NCBI GenBank assembly: GCA_046290225.1
Contig: JBKAGE010000048.1
Span: 25,304 to 89,303 of the forward strand
Reading direction: 5' to 3'
Length of the DNA stretch: 64,000 nucleotides
From: Bradymonadia bacterium
Lineage (GTDB): Bacteria > Myxococcota_A > Bradymonadia > UBA7976 > UBA1532
Numbering within the stretch: the stretch's first letter is position 1; every line of letters begins with the position of its first letter. Below the pieces are notes generated by a model. That model saw only the letters and a program-made list of their open reading frames with translations, was not told the DNA's origin and did not search any database. Shown here piece after piece: positions 40,991 through 50,575 of this stretch. Made by a program: the position numbers and the translations under genes.

Positions 40991-42304
40991 ATGAGCTGGC
41001 GCGATCTCAAAGCGCGGTTGAGGGCCCGACGGGCGGCGTTGAAGGTGTACTTCAACGACACGATCTGGGTGCCTCTGCCCCCCGATGCACCGAACTGGGC
41101 CCGGGCCCAGAGGCGCCTGGCGCGTTTCTCGTGGCTCGGCGCCCAGCGGCTCTCCGACGGGGAGATCTTCAGCCGATCGGCCTCGCTCACCTTTCACGTG
41201 CTGTTGTCCATCGTGCCGTTACTGGCGGTGGCTTTCTCCCTCTCGAAGGGCTTCGGCCTCGAGATGCAGTCCCTCAGGGAGATGCTCAAGCAGCTCTTCG
41301 TGGGCCACGAGGAGATCGTCGATCAGCTGCTCAACTACGTGAACCGCACCGACGTGCGGGCCCTGGGCACCGTGGGTTTGTTGATCCTGGTCTACTCGGC
41401 GGTGTCGTTGCTTGGGCGCATCGAGGGCAGCTTCAACAAAATCTGGGGGGTGAAGCGGAATCGGCACTTCGTGCGCAAGTTCGCCGACTACCTCAGCGTC
41501 ATCTTGATCTTCCCACTGTTGATGTTCGCCGCCACCACCATCACCGCCAGTGTTGGGTCCACAGATGTAGGGGTATGGCTCAAAGACTCGGCCATCACCT
41601 CGGTCCTGGTGGGGCTGTTGCCCTTCGTGATCGTCTGGGCGGCTTTCACCTTCATCTACGTGTTCATGCCCAACACCCGGGTGAACCTGAAGGCGGGCAT
41701 GATCGGCGCCCTGGTGGCGGCGGTGGTGTGGTCCATCGCCCAGTGGGGCTACATCTATTTCCAGATGGGGGTCTCTCGATACAATGCCATCTATGGCACC
41801 TTCGCGGCGCTGCCCATTTTTCTGGTCTGGCTCAACCTCAGCTGGACCATCGTGCTGCTGGGCTGTGAGATCGCCTTCATCGTGCAGCACGAGAAGAGCT
41901 ATCACCCTCGCCGACACGACGCTCCGCCCCTGAGCATCGCCGCCCAGGAGAAGATGGCGTTGTTCTTCGTCTCTCACGTCTGGCAACGCTTCAGCGATGG
42001 CGAGCCTGCTTACTCAGCGGGGGCCCTCGCCGCGGAGGCTGATCTGCGCATGTCGGACTGCCTCGAGATCGTCGAAGGCCTCACCCTCGCGGGTCTGCTC
42101 ACCTGGGCCAGAGAGCCCGAAGAGGGCCTGATGCCCGCCCGAGATCTCGGCGCGCTCTCCGTGGGGCAGATTCTGGTGCTCTACCGCCAGCGTGGCGGCG
42201 CGGAGGACGGCGAGGTGGGCCCGGAGCTGGCCACGGCCTATGCCGAGATCGACGCCGCCATCGAATCTGGCCTCGCCGCGGAGCTCGCCGCGCTCAAGGG
42301 CTGA
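40991..42304 (+). CDS. YihY/virulence factor BrkB family membrane protein with C-terminal wHTH-like domain
   Basis: SLTFHVLLSIVP, IEGSFNKIW, YNAIYGTFAALPIFLVWL motifs. Confidence 0.92.
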   Translation: MSWRDLKARLRARRAALKVYFNDTIWVPLPPDAPNWARAQRRLARFSWLGAQRLSDGEIFSRSASLTFHVLLSIVPLLAVAFSLSKGFGLEMQSLREMLKQLFVGHEEIVDQLLNYVNRTDVRALGTVGLLILVYSAVSLLGRIEGSFNKIWGVKRNRHFVRKFADYLSVILIFPLLMFAATTITASVGSTDVGVWLKDSAITSVLVGLLPFVIVWAAFTFIYVFMPNTRVNLKAGMIGALVAAVVWSIAQWGYIYFQMGVSRYNAIYGTFAALPIFLVWLNLSWTIVLLGCEIAFIVQHEKSYHPRRHDAPPLSIAAQEKMALFFVSHVWQRFSDGEPAYSAGALAAEADLRMSDCLEIVEGLTLAGLLTWAREPEEGLMPARDLGALSVGQILVLYRQRGGAEDGEVGPELATAYAEIDAAIESGLAAELAALKG

Positions 42305-42351
42305 GCAGGTATCTTTTTGGTGACCCCTCTCAAGGGGTTTACGATCACCCC

Positions 42352-43623
42352 ATGATACCGAAGAGCCTCAACCTGAATCTCCGGGGGCTGCCTCGATCAG
42401 CCACCCTCGCCATCAACGAGCGCTCCAAGGCTTTGCAGGCCGAGGGGCGTCGGGTCTACCGGTTCGGGCTGGGGCAGTCGCCCTTCCCAGTGCCCGAATC
42501 CGTGGTGCAGACCCTCAGGGATCACGCCGCCGAGAAGGACTATCTCGACGTGGCGGGCTTGCCGGCTCTGAGAGAGGCTGTGGCCCGGTTCCATCGCACG
42601 CGAGATCATGCTGCGGTGACCGCCGACGGGGTGCTCATCGGCCCCGGGAGCAAGGAGCTGATGTTCCTGCTGCAGGTGGCCTTCTATGGTGACCTGGTGG
42701 TGCCGACGCCCTGCTGGGTGAGCTACGGGCCTCAGGCTCGGATCCTCGGCCGGAAGGTGGTGACCCTACCCACCCGCTGGGAAGACCGCTGGCGTTTGAT
42801 GCCTCATCAGCTCGAGGCGATGTGTCGGCAAGACGAGCAGCGCCCCCGAGTGCTCATTCTGAACTATCCTGGCAACCCTGAGGGGGCTTCCTACAATCAG
42901 ACCGAGCTGGAGCAGATCGCCGAGGTGGCCCGGACGCACCGTGTGGTCATCCTCTCCGACGAGATCTACGGTCTGCTGCATCACGACGGCAACCACACAT
43001 CGATCGCCCGCTACTACCCCGAGGGCACCATCATCTCCGGCGGCCTGTCGAAGTGGTGTGGCGCCGGCGGCTGGCGCCTGGGCACCTTCGCGTTCCCCTC
43101 GGCCCTGAGTTGGTTACGAGACGCCATGGCCGCCGCCGCCAGTGAGACATACACCTCGGTGAGCGCACCGATTCAGTACGCGGCGGTGACGGCCTTCGAT
43201 GGTGGCCCGGAGATCGAGGACTATCTGTATCACAGCCGTCGCATCTTGAAGGCGCTCGGCCGCTGGATCGCCACCACTCTGGCTGCATTGGGGATCAAGG
43301 TGCACAGCCCGGAAGGAGCGTTCTACCTGATGCTCGATTACAGCGCGTTGCGCGATTCACTTGAGGCGAAGGGGATCCGCGGGAGCCGAGCGCTGGTGGA
43401 GCGCTTGCTCGACGACACTGGGGTGGCGATCTTGCCCGGGGCAGACTTCGAGCGCGCGGACGATGAGCTGATGGCCCGCATGGCCTATGTGGATTTCGAT
43501 GGTGAGGCTGCGCTGAAGGCGAGCGCGGCGCGCCCTGACGGGGATCTCGACGAAGGGTTTTTGCGGCAGTGGTGTGCGCCGGTCTACGAGGGGGTCACGG
43601 CTATGGCAGGCTGGTTGAGCTGA
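42352..43623 (+). CDS. PLP-dependent aminotransferase class I/II (aspartate aminotransferase-like)
   Basis: SATLAINE, GPGSK, NYPGNP, SDEIY and GLSKWCGAGGWRLG motifs. Confidence 0.93.
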   Translation: MIPKSLNLNLRGLPRSATLAINERSKALQAEGRRVYRFGLGQSPFPVPESVVQTLRDHAAEKDYLDVAGLPALREAVARFHRTRDHAAVTADGVLIGPGSKELMFLLQVAFYGDLVVPTPCWVSYGPQARILGRKVVTLPTRWEDRWRLMPHQLEAMCRQDEQRPRVLILNYPGNPEGASYNQTELEQIAEVARTHRVVILSDEIYGLLHHDGNHTSIARYYPEGTIISGGLSKWCGAGGWRLGTFAFPSALSWLRDAMAAAASETYTSVSAPIQYAAVTAFDGGPEIEDYLYHSRRILKALGRWIATTLAALGIKVHSPEGAFYLMLDYSALRDSLEAKGIRGSRALVERLLDDTGVAILPGADFERADDELMARMAYVDFDGEAALKASAARPDGDLDEGFLRQWCAPVYEGVTAMAGWLS

Positions 43624-43709
43624 GCAGCATCAGGTGTGTCGGCAGCCTCGCGTTCCTGAGTCGATCTTATGACAATGCCTTTGATGAAGTGAGCCATCTG
43701 TTTGTCTCT

Positions 43710-44378
43710 TTACTCCGCGACCAAAGGTACACTCAACCCGATCGGGCACGTCACCCCCGTACCACCCAGCCCGCAATACCCATTCGGGTTCTTCGCCAAG
43801 TATTGCTGGTGATACTCCTCAGCATAGTAGAACGTCGGCGCATCCAACACCTCGGTCGTAATCGTCCGCGCGTGTCCCGCTTCATCCAACGCCGCGCCGT
43901 ACATCTCCAGCGAAGATTGCGCCGCCGATTTCTGGGCCTCGTCGTACACGTAGATGCCTGAGCGGTACTGTGTGCCTACGTCGTTCCCCTGGCGCATGCC
44001 CTGGGTTGGATCGTGGTTCTCCCAGAACACCTTCAGCAACCCCTCGTAGCTGATCTTCTGCGGATCGTAGACCACAAGCACCACCTCGTTGTGGCCGGTC
44101 ATGCCCGAGCAGACCTCCTGATAGGTGGGGTTGGGCGTGTACCCCGCGGCATAGCCCACAGCGGTGCTGTGCACCCCAGAGGTCTGCCAGAACTTGCGCT
44201 CGGCCCCCCAGAAGCAGCCCAGGCCGAACATCGCCGTGGCCATGCCCTCGGGGAAGGGAGCCTTGAGGCGGTTGCCGTTGACGAAGTGGGCCTCAGGCAC
44301 GGGCATCTCCGCCTCGCGGCCGGGGAGGGCCTTCTCTGGCGTGGGCATCTGCTTCTTGCGGGGGTCGGTGAAGAACAT
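43710..44378 (-). CDS. msrA: Peptide methionine sulfoxide reductase A
   Basis: [40 protein letters not shown] and [12 protein letters not shown] motifs. Confidence 0.97.
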   Translation of the reverse strand: MFFTDPRKKQMPTPEKALPGREAEMPVPEAHFVNGNRLKAPFPEGMATAMFGLGCFWGAERKFWQTSGVHSTAVGYAAGYTPNPTYQEVCSGMTGHNEVVLVVYDPQKISYEGLLKVFWENHDPTQGMRQGNDVGTQYRSGIYVYDEAQKSAAQSSLEMYGAALDEAGHARTITTEVLDAPTFYYAEEYHQQYLAKNPNGYCGLGGTGVTCPIGLSVPLVAE

Positions 44379-44458
44379 GTGGAGGACTCCTGGAAAGGGG
44401 TTCGTGACCCAGACGCCGGAAGTGTAGGGTAGGTTGCAGTGGGGTTGTAGGTGGTAGA

Positions 44459-44996
44459 CTCGCTTCGCTCGCAAGAGAGTTTTTCGGGCACGGGCACGGG
44501 CACGGGCACGGGCACGAGTTTTACGGATGTGGGCAGTGCAGCCTGAGGCTGCATGTCTTGGAGCGAGTGGAGGGCGGCGCAGCCGGCCGGAGGGAGCGGA
44601 AAGACACCCGTAGGGCTGTCCACTGTTTGGCCTGACAGTGCAGCCTGAGGCTGCATGTCTTGGAGCGAGTGGAGGGGGGCGCAGCCGGCCGGAGGGAGCG
44701 GAAAGACACCCGAAGGGCTGTCCACTGTTCAACCTGACCCGTGGTCCTTCCTGGATTCAGGACACAGGCTGCAATTGAAGCTGAGATGATGTGTTTCTGA
44801 ACAACCTGAGAGTTCAGGTCTTGGGGTGTATGGAGGCCAAAACCTCCAATGAGAGACATATGAGGCCCAGTAGAGCCTTCATCATCACAACGTGATGAGC
44901 GGAGTCATGCTGGGCTACGGGTCAGAGTATGTATCAACTCGTGCCCGTGCCCGTGCCCGTGCCCGTGCCCGAAGACTCTCTTGCGAGCGAAGCGAG
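44459..44996. repeat. Composite intergenic element: ~62-bp terminal inverted repeats with (GGGCAC)5, enclosing a 102-bp tandem duplication
   Basis: 44459-44520 is the near-perfect reverse complement of 44936-44996; direct repeats at 44534-44635 and 44636-44737. Confidence 0.9.
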
Positions 44997-45016
44997 GATA
45001 CCGCCGGACAGCAGCA

Positions 45017-45379
45017 TCAAACGAACTTGAACAGCACCCCTGTCGTCAGCCCCATGGCCAGCGCCATCAGGGCCAGCGCCTTGATGCCTTCGAACTTGAG
45101 TTTGTCACCCAGGCGGTCGTCCACGAACTTCAGCATGATCATGTTCACCACCAGCGCCACCAGCGGATAGGCCAGCCAGGCCACGCCGAGGGTTGCGATG
45201 CCCAGGATCTTGAAGGCCAGGCCCAGCAGGAAGCCCACGACGATGTTGGCCAGCCCGAAGAGGCCGGCGCCAGCAGCTGCGGCGCCCCAGTTGCGGACTT
45301 TGATCTGAGGAATCACGGCCGCCATGAGGACGAAGGCGCCGGTGAGGATGCCCCACCGGATGAGCATCTTGATGACCAT
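45017..45379 (-). CDS. 4-TM phage-holin-like (YvlD-type) membrane protein
   Basis: Four TM helices, LFGLANIVV...TLG...LVVN pattern. Confidence 0.75.
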   Translation of the reverse strand: MVIKMLIRWGILTGAFVLMAAVIPQIKVRNWGAAAAGAGLFGLANIVVGFLLGLAFKILGIATLGVAWLAYPLVALVVNMIMLKFVDDRLGDKLKFEGIKALALMALAMGLTTGVLFKFV

Positions 45380-45425
45380 GGGAGCCCTTTCGAGGTGATT
45401 GCGATGTGCCTAGCATAATCACCGA

Positions 45426-46112
45426 TCAGCGGCGATCCACTCCCAGGCCTCCACCATCACGTCCCGCGAGGGCCAGCACTCGGGCAGGGCGACCCTTGTC
45501 ATCATCTAGAAATCGCAGGGCTTTGACCGTGAGGCTCGCCGATTCGAACGCCAGCAGCAGCGCCGTGAGATGACTCGCGTCGAAGACGAAGCACACTCGG
45601 CCCGTGGGACTCAGAGCGTAGGCGGCGGTGCGGGCGAAGTCGGCCACGTCGCCCGCGAGGGCGTGGGTGGCTCCGGCGTACTCGGGGTGTCGCTCCGTAC
45701 GGCCCCAACCTGCGGGATAGAATGGTGGGTTGCTCACCACCAGATCGAAGGCCCGAGGCGCCACGGGGATCGAGCGGATGTCTCCGCGGATCACGGCGAA
45801 GCCCCCTGGGGTCAGGCGGCCGTTGCGGTGGCTCTGGTCGAGCATGCGCTCGGCGATCTCCACGCCGATGCACGCCCCCAGCTCGGGGTGTACCTGTCGC
45901 ATCGCTGCGAGGAGTACGCCGTTGCCGGTGCCCAGGTCGAGCACGCGATCACCAGCGCGGGCAGGGGTGAAGCGGGCCAGATCGAAGGCCCAGGGGCAGG
46001 GCACGAAGCCCTTCTTGTGGCGGATCAGCCAGCCATCGCCGAAGGGGTCGACTTTTTCGCCTTTGGCGATCTCGACGCCTGCCTCTCGGGCGGCGGTGAG
46101 GCCAGCTCTCAT
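45426..46112 (-). CDS. SAM-dependent N6-adenine methyltransferase (tRNA m6A37 YfiC/TrmN6-like)
   Basis: VLDLGTGNG and VSNPPFY motifs. Confidence 0.8.
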   Translation of the reverse strand: MRAGLTAAREAGVEIAKGEKVDPFGDGWLIRHKKGFVPCPWAFDLARFTPARAGDRVLDLGTGNGVLLAAMRQVHPELGACIGVEIAERMLDQSHRNGRLTPGGFAVIRGDIRSIPVAPRAFDLVVSNPPFYPAGWGRTERHPEYAGATHALAGDVADFARTAAYALSPTGRVCFVFDASHLTALLLAFESASLTVKALRFLDDDKGRPARVLALAGRDGGGLGVDRR

Positions 46113-46121
46113 GACGGGGCC

Positions 46122-46724
46122 TCAGAGAGACTCGAGCACGGCCTCGGCGCGGTCGTTGAGGCGGCCGGTGATCTCGTCGAGGGCGGATTTCTCTTCAGCC
46201 TCGACGGTGAAGAACATGCCGAAGAGGCCGCCGCTGGCACGGGCCACGGTGTGGGCCATCTTGGTGAGATCCTTCTTGGCGGCCTCGGCCTGATCGGCGG
46301 GCAGGCTGCCCATGAGGGCCTTCACGTAGCTCATGGCGGCGTCGCACAGCTCTTTCGAGGGGGCGGTCTTGAGCAGGCCCTCGAAGGCCTCGCCTACGGG
46401 GGTGCCGGCGAGGATGCCGCAGCGGGCGGCCTCACGGCGGAGCAGATCTTCCTCGGCGGCCTGGATGGCGCCGTCAGCCCACGCCACCTGGAACAGCGGG
46501 ATCAGGTGCATGAGGCGCACGGTGTCGGGGGTGATCCCCACGGCGGCGAGCTCTTCGAGCACGGCCTTGTCCTGCACGTCGTCGCTGTGCTCGGCGAGGG
46601 CCTCGGCGCCCTCCTCGACCTTCAGGCGATGGCGCAGTTTGCCGAGCAGCTCCTGGCTCTTCTTGAAGAAGTGACCTTCTTCGTTGGCGCGGGTGAGGAC
46701 GTGCAGGGGGTTCTCGTGGGCCAT
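46122..46724 (-). CDS. TerB-like helical protein
   Basis: EEGHFFKK, LIPLFQVAWADG.IQ.AE and VARASGGLFG motifs. Confidence 0.75.
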   Translation of the reverse strand: MAHENPLHVLTRANEEGHFFKKSQELLGKLRHRLKVEEGAEALAEHSDDVQDKAVLEELAAVGITPDTVRLMHLIPLFQVAWADGAIQAAEEDLLRREAARCGILAGTPVGEAFEGLLKTAPSKELCDAAMSYVKALMGSLPADQAEAAKKDLTKMAHTVARASGGLFGMFFTVEAEEKSALDEITGRLNDRAEAVLESL

Positions 46725-46804
46725 GTCAATGCTCCAGAGCGTAGTGCGAGGTTGATAGGGGCGCTTTTACTGCAAGGCCGATTGAGCGGCAAGGGGCAGA
46801 GACC

Positions 46805-47737
46805 CTACGCCTCGACGAAGAGCCATCCGCCGACATCGATACGGCCCACGCGCTGTGCTGTGCGCAGTGACGCAGTGTTGCTGGCGGCGATGGTCCCGAA
46901 GAGCAGACCACCCTCTGGCGCGAGCTGTTCGATGAGGGCCTGCTGCAGCGCCACACCCCAGCCCTGGCCTCGAAAGCTCTCGTCGAGCAGCATCTCGTGC
47001 ACCACGAAACCCTCAGCGCCGAAGAGCGTGCTCGGATCGGCGGCCACGACGCCGGCCCAGCGATCGTCGATGAAGGCTTCGTACACATGTCCCCGAGCCA
47101 CCACTGACCGGAGATCGTCTTCCGTGGACACGTGGATGGGGTCGTCTGGAGGCCGGTGGTGTGCGTTGAACGCCGTGTACGTGGCGCGGAAGCGTGCGTA
47201 GAAGGCCGTGTCGACACAGCGTCGAAGGGTCAATCGATAGGCCTCAGGGTGTTTTGGCGTTGCATGGAGCTGCTCAAGGGGCCCGGCGAGGATGCGTTGA
47301 TCGCATGCCACGTCGAAGTGAGCACTCAGTGTGGTTTCGGTCTCGGCTCGACCAGTGCGCAGTCGCACGCGCCTCGGGGCAAAGACGGCGTATGCATCAC
47401 ACGCGGCTCGGAGGCATCGGCGCAACGCATCGATATCGTCGAGGGGGAAGCTCGTGGCGAGCACATCGACAAATGGGGTGTTGGGATCGAGCCCCAGGAA
47501 GCGGATGCCCACCAGGGCTTCGTGTGTGCCCAGGTCGAGACGTTGTCCGAGGTAGTTTTGTGGCTGCGTGTCAGGGACAGGGCACAACGCCGCAAAACGC
47601 GTGGCGGCATCAAGGTCGGTTGTGTGTCGTCGAGCGTGTTCGAACTCGGCAGCCAGCGCCATGTGGAGATCAGAGTGCGAGATCCACGGCCTCAGCTGAG
47701 GTGAGATCTCTGCGAGGGCTGTCTCAATAAGGTTCAT
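46805..47737 (-). CDS. GNAT family N-acetyltransferase
   Basis: C-terminal FRGQGWG and N.ASLRTA motifs; probable start ATG 47737. Confidence 0.8.
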   Translation of the reverse strand: MNLIETALAEISPQLRPWISHSDLHMALAAEFEHARRHTTDLDAATRFAALCPVPDTQPQNYLGQRLDLGTHEALVGIRFLGLDPNTPFVDVLATSFPLDDIDALRRCLRAACDAYAVFAPRRVRLRTGRAETETTLSAHFDVACDQRILAGPLEQLHATPKHPEAYRLTLRRCVDTAFYARFRATYTAFNAHHRPPDDPIHVSTEDDLRSVVARGHVYEAFIDDRWAGVVAADPSTLFGAEGFVVHEMLLDESFRGQGWGVALQQALIEQLAPEGGLLFGTIAASNTASLRTAQRVGRIDVGGWLFVEA

Positions 47738-47747
47738 CGTCAGCCAC

Positions 47748-48488
47748 TCAGGAAAACCGGCGAGATAGAAGCTGAGCGACATGATGTGCCTCTTCAGACG
47801 TCAACACGGTGTGGCTACGAGCGTATATCGAAGCGCCGACGTCTTCTGTCTCGCAATGGGCTGCGAGGAAGCTGAACAGCGGGAGGGTATCGGCATGGGG
47901 CAGGAGTCGCTCGATGAGACTGGTTGACAGCGTCTTACGCTCTGTGACTGCAAGCAGCCGCTTTGCCGATGACAGTCGATGCCTTGCCGAGCCCTCACCT
48001 GAGAAGTCGTGCACGACTTCGGCTTCGATGAAGCGCATCAGAATTTCGATGTGTGGCTGATCTTTGGGTCGGTTGATGGTCAGTTTGTTGGCCAACAAAT
48101 CGAACGGATCTGCAATGGGGACACTCAACCCAAGAGATTGGATGTGGAATTCTCGTGCGGTGCGGGTCAAGACTTCAGGCTCAGGCAGGCCAAAGGACGA
48201 TGTGAGCGCGTTGATCTCCAAGCCGTGCCAGTCGATCAAGGCTACAGGAACGGCCCTTGGCTTCGGGCGCTTGAGTACATGTGCACCCTGCCGCTCGGCC
48301 CACCTCAGCAGCTCATTCAGAGCGTCTTGAGAGAGATATAGATCGAGAGCGGCAGAGAAGACCGCCTCGCCTGCGATGCGTGCGTATGCCCCGACTGCAC
48401 ATCCACCGATGACCGTGTATTCGGTGCCTTCTCGCTCGGCATGTCGAAGAAACTCGCCGAAGTCGGTCAGATCACGTGGTTGAGACAT
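47748..48488 (-). CDS. Nucleotidyltransferase-fold protein (AbiEii/DUF6036-like), possible toxin-antitoxin component
   Basis: VIGGCAV..Y, ALDLY and LLANKL..NRPKD..H motifs. Confidence 0.7.
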   Translation of the reverse strand: MSQPRDLTDFGEFLRHAEREGTEYTVIGGCAVGAYARIAGEAVFSAALDLYLSQDALNELLRWAERQGAHVLKRPKPRAVPVALIDWHGLEINALTSSFGLPEPEVLTRTAREFHIQSLGLSVPIADPFDLLANKLTINRPKDQPHIEILMRFIEAEVVHDFSGEGSARHRLSSAKRLLAVTERKTLSTSLIERLLPHADTLPLFSFLAAHCETEDVGASIYARSHTVLTSEEAHHVAQLLSRRFS

Positions 48489-48682
48489 CGCTTGCGGCAG
48501 ATTTGAGTGAAGTGTTCGTAACGCGCCTGCACCTCCTCGGTGCTGGCACCAGGGGCGCATTTGGTCGGGTCGAGTGTATCCCAGAGGTTGGGGGACGGGA
48601 GTGGGCGGCCTGCTGCTTTGGCTCTGGCGTTGGCCTCTCGTTGAGCCATAGCCCTCGCCTCTTTGTCTGATAGAGCGGACAT
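48467..48682 (-). CDS. Small hypothetical protein, putative partner/antitoxin
   Basis: 71 aa, overlaps the start of the nucleotidyltransferase-like gene. Confidence 0.55.
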   Translation of the reverse strand: MSALSDKEARAMAQREANARAKAAGRPLPSPNLWDTLDPTKCAPGASTEEVQARYEHFTQICRKRCLNHVI

Positions 48683-48737
48683 GCGATCAGAGTGAGGAAA
48701 AACAGCTGGTTATGCAAGACATGGCCGCTGACATGGA

Positions 48738-49877
48738 TCAGCGCAGGTCGTCGATGACTGCGGCGAGGGCATCGAGCGTTGAGGCGCCAAGCTTTCGGCA
48801 GCGCTCAGGGGACCAGCCGAACTCCGGGTTCGGGGCGTTGGCGTTGTCTTTAAACGGCATCTCGAGGGTCATCGACAGGCAGCCGAAGCGGTGAGCGATT
48901 TGCGCCGTGCACATCGACAGGTTGCCCTTGCCCGGGCGGGCGACGGGGTAGCCGTGCTGCGTCTGAAAGTCGGGGTTGGCCCGCACATAGGCCGATTTGA
49001 AGCGCTCTTGAAGGCTCAGCTGCTTCTCGGTGAAGCCGGGGATGCCCTCGGCGCCGGCGATGAAGTTGTAGGGCAGGGCCTCGTCGCCGTGCACGTCGAG
49101 GCAGAAGTCCACCCCCGTGGCGTCCATGCGATCTCTCACCAGCGCCACCTCGGGCTCCGTCTCCATCTTCGGATCGTGCCAGACGCGGTTCAGATTCACC
49201 CCTGCGGCGTTGGTCCGCAGGTGGCCCCGATATGAGCCGTCGGGGTTCATGTGAGGGACCACATAGAAGACTGCCTTTTCACGCAGGCTGCGGGCCAGCG
49301 GATCGTCGGCGTCGAGCAATCGGGGCAAGAAGCCCTCCATCCACCACTCCGCCATCGACTCGCCGGGGTGCTGCCGGGCGATGAGCCAGAGGTTGAGCTT
49401 GCCTTCCGCCGGCTCACCCACCTGCACCAGATCGAGATCCCGGCCGTCTAGGGTGCTGCCCAGGCAATGCAGCGTGGCCAGGGGCGATTCGCCGCAGCGG
49501 GCCACCAGATCACGGTGGCGCTCGAGGCTGTAGGGCGCGAAGTAGGCGTACCAGACTTGATCATGATCGGGCGTGTGTTCGATGCGGAGCACCCCGGCGT
49601 CGGCATCCCAAGTGGTGGGCACGCGTCGCCAGTGCACGCGATCTGTCGACGCCACGGCGTGGTAGTTCACCCAGCCGCCGGTGTAGCTCGCCCCACCGGC
49701 GTTGGTAAGCTCGAGACCCAGGGGCACTCCTCGGGCACCAGAGACCCGAAAGTGAAACCACTGGTAGTGCTCGGAGTTGTGGTCTTTGACGATGGCCAGC
49801 TTCACCTTCTGAGGGTTGCTGGCGTCGAGGACCTGAACGTTGCCGGCGTCGAAGCCAGCGCTGATGTGCAGAGTCAT
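48738..49877 (-). CDS. M14-type cytosolic carboxypeptidase
   Basis: FDAGN, QWFHF, YFAPYS, ARQHPGE, NPDG, NLNR, DVHGDE and TLEMPFKD motifs. Confidence 0.95.
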   Translation of the reverse strand: MTLHISAGFDAGNVQVLDASNPQKVKLAIVKDHNSEHYQWFHFRVSGARGVPLGLELTNAGGASYTGGWVNYHAVASTDRVHWRRVPTTWDADAGVLRIEHTPDHDQVWYAYFAPYSLERHRDLVARCGESPLATLHCLGSTLDGRDLDLVQVGEPAEGKLNLWLIARQHPGESMAEWWMEGFLPRLLDADDPLARSLREKAVFYVVPHMNPDGSYRGHLRTNAAGVNLNRVWHDPKMETEPEVALVRDRMDATGVDFCLDVHGDEALPYNFIAGAEGIPGFTEKQLSLQERFKSAYVRANPDFQTQHGYPVARPGKGNLSMCTAQIAHRFGCLSMTLEMPFKDNANAPNPEFGWSPERCRKLGASTLDALAAVIDDLR

Positions 49878-49954
49878 GTGGGCTCCATGAGGGGCGAGAT
49901 GTTGGGGAAGACGGTTCGGAGGGATGCCTCAGGGGGCTCGAGCGATGCGTACAG

Positions 49955-50575
49955 TCAGGCGTCGTCGCGATCCCGGCGCGTGAGAAAGTCCACGAGGCCA
50001 TGGCGTACCGGATCGCTCAACACGATGGTGCCCAACATACCTGCAGCCACGCCGATGAAGAGGCTCGCTGTCGTATCCACCAGAGCCACCTCGTCGCTGA
50101 GCACCAGACCGATGAGGGGCAGCAGCAGCGCCGCCATCACATAGCCCACGCGGAGCACCGCCCGATCAGCGTCGCCTCGACCTACGAGGGCACAGCCAAC
50201 ACCGCTGAGCAGGAAGGCGCCACCAAAGGCGGGCAGAGGCCAGCCCGCAGGGAGCCAGGGGCGCTTGGCCTGCATGGCGAGGAACAGCCCCACGAAGCAG
50301 AGCAGCGAGAGGTACGAGCCAAAGCGCACCGCGGCGTCTTTTCCCAGCTGTCGGGCGCGTTCCAGGGCGTTGAGCAGGGTGGTGGCGCACACGGCGATGG
50401 CGAGGCCCACGCCCACCACGTAGTAGGGCATCACCCGGGCCATCTCCGCCGTTTGAGTGGCGAGATCGTCAGGGCTCAGATCGGGGTAGTATGCCGCCGC
50501 CGTGTGGCGGATCTCCGCCTCGTCACAGCCGGCGAGCAGGGCCACCAGCGGGAGCAGTGCCCACAGACGCCTCAT
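49955..50575 (-). CDS. Hypothetical membrane lipoprotein
   Basis: Lipobox LAGC plus about 5 TM helices; ATGA overlap with prmC. Confidence 0.7.
   Translation of the reverse strand: MRRLWALLPLVALLAGCDEAEIRHTAAAYYPDLSPDDLATQTAEMARVMPYYVVGVGLAIAVCATTLLNALERARQLGKDAAVRFGSYLSLLCFVGLFLAMQAKRPWLPAGWPLPAFGGAFLLSGVGCALVGRGDADRAVLRVGYVMAALLLPLIGLVLSDEVALVDTTASLFIGVAAGMLGTIVLSDPVRHGLVDFLTRRDRDDA

Noticed and set aside
43710..44732. 340-aa MsrA with a repetitive N-terminal extension
   Set aside because: The extension is translation of the intergenic repeats; the real start is ATG 44378 with an AGGAG RBS
45017..45379. Holin-like gene as evidence of a prophage
   Set aside because: This family is common in chromosomes and no phage genes are nearby
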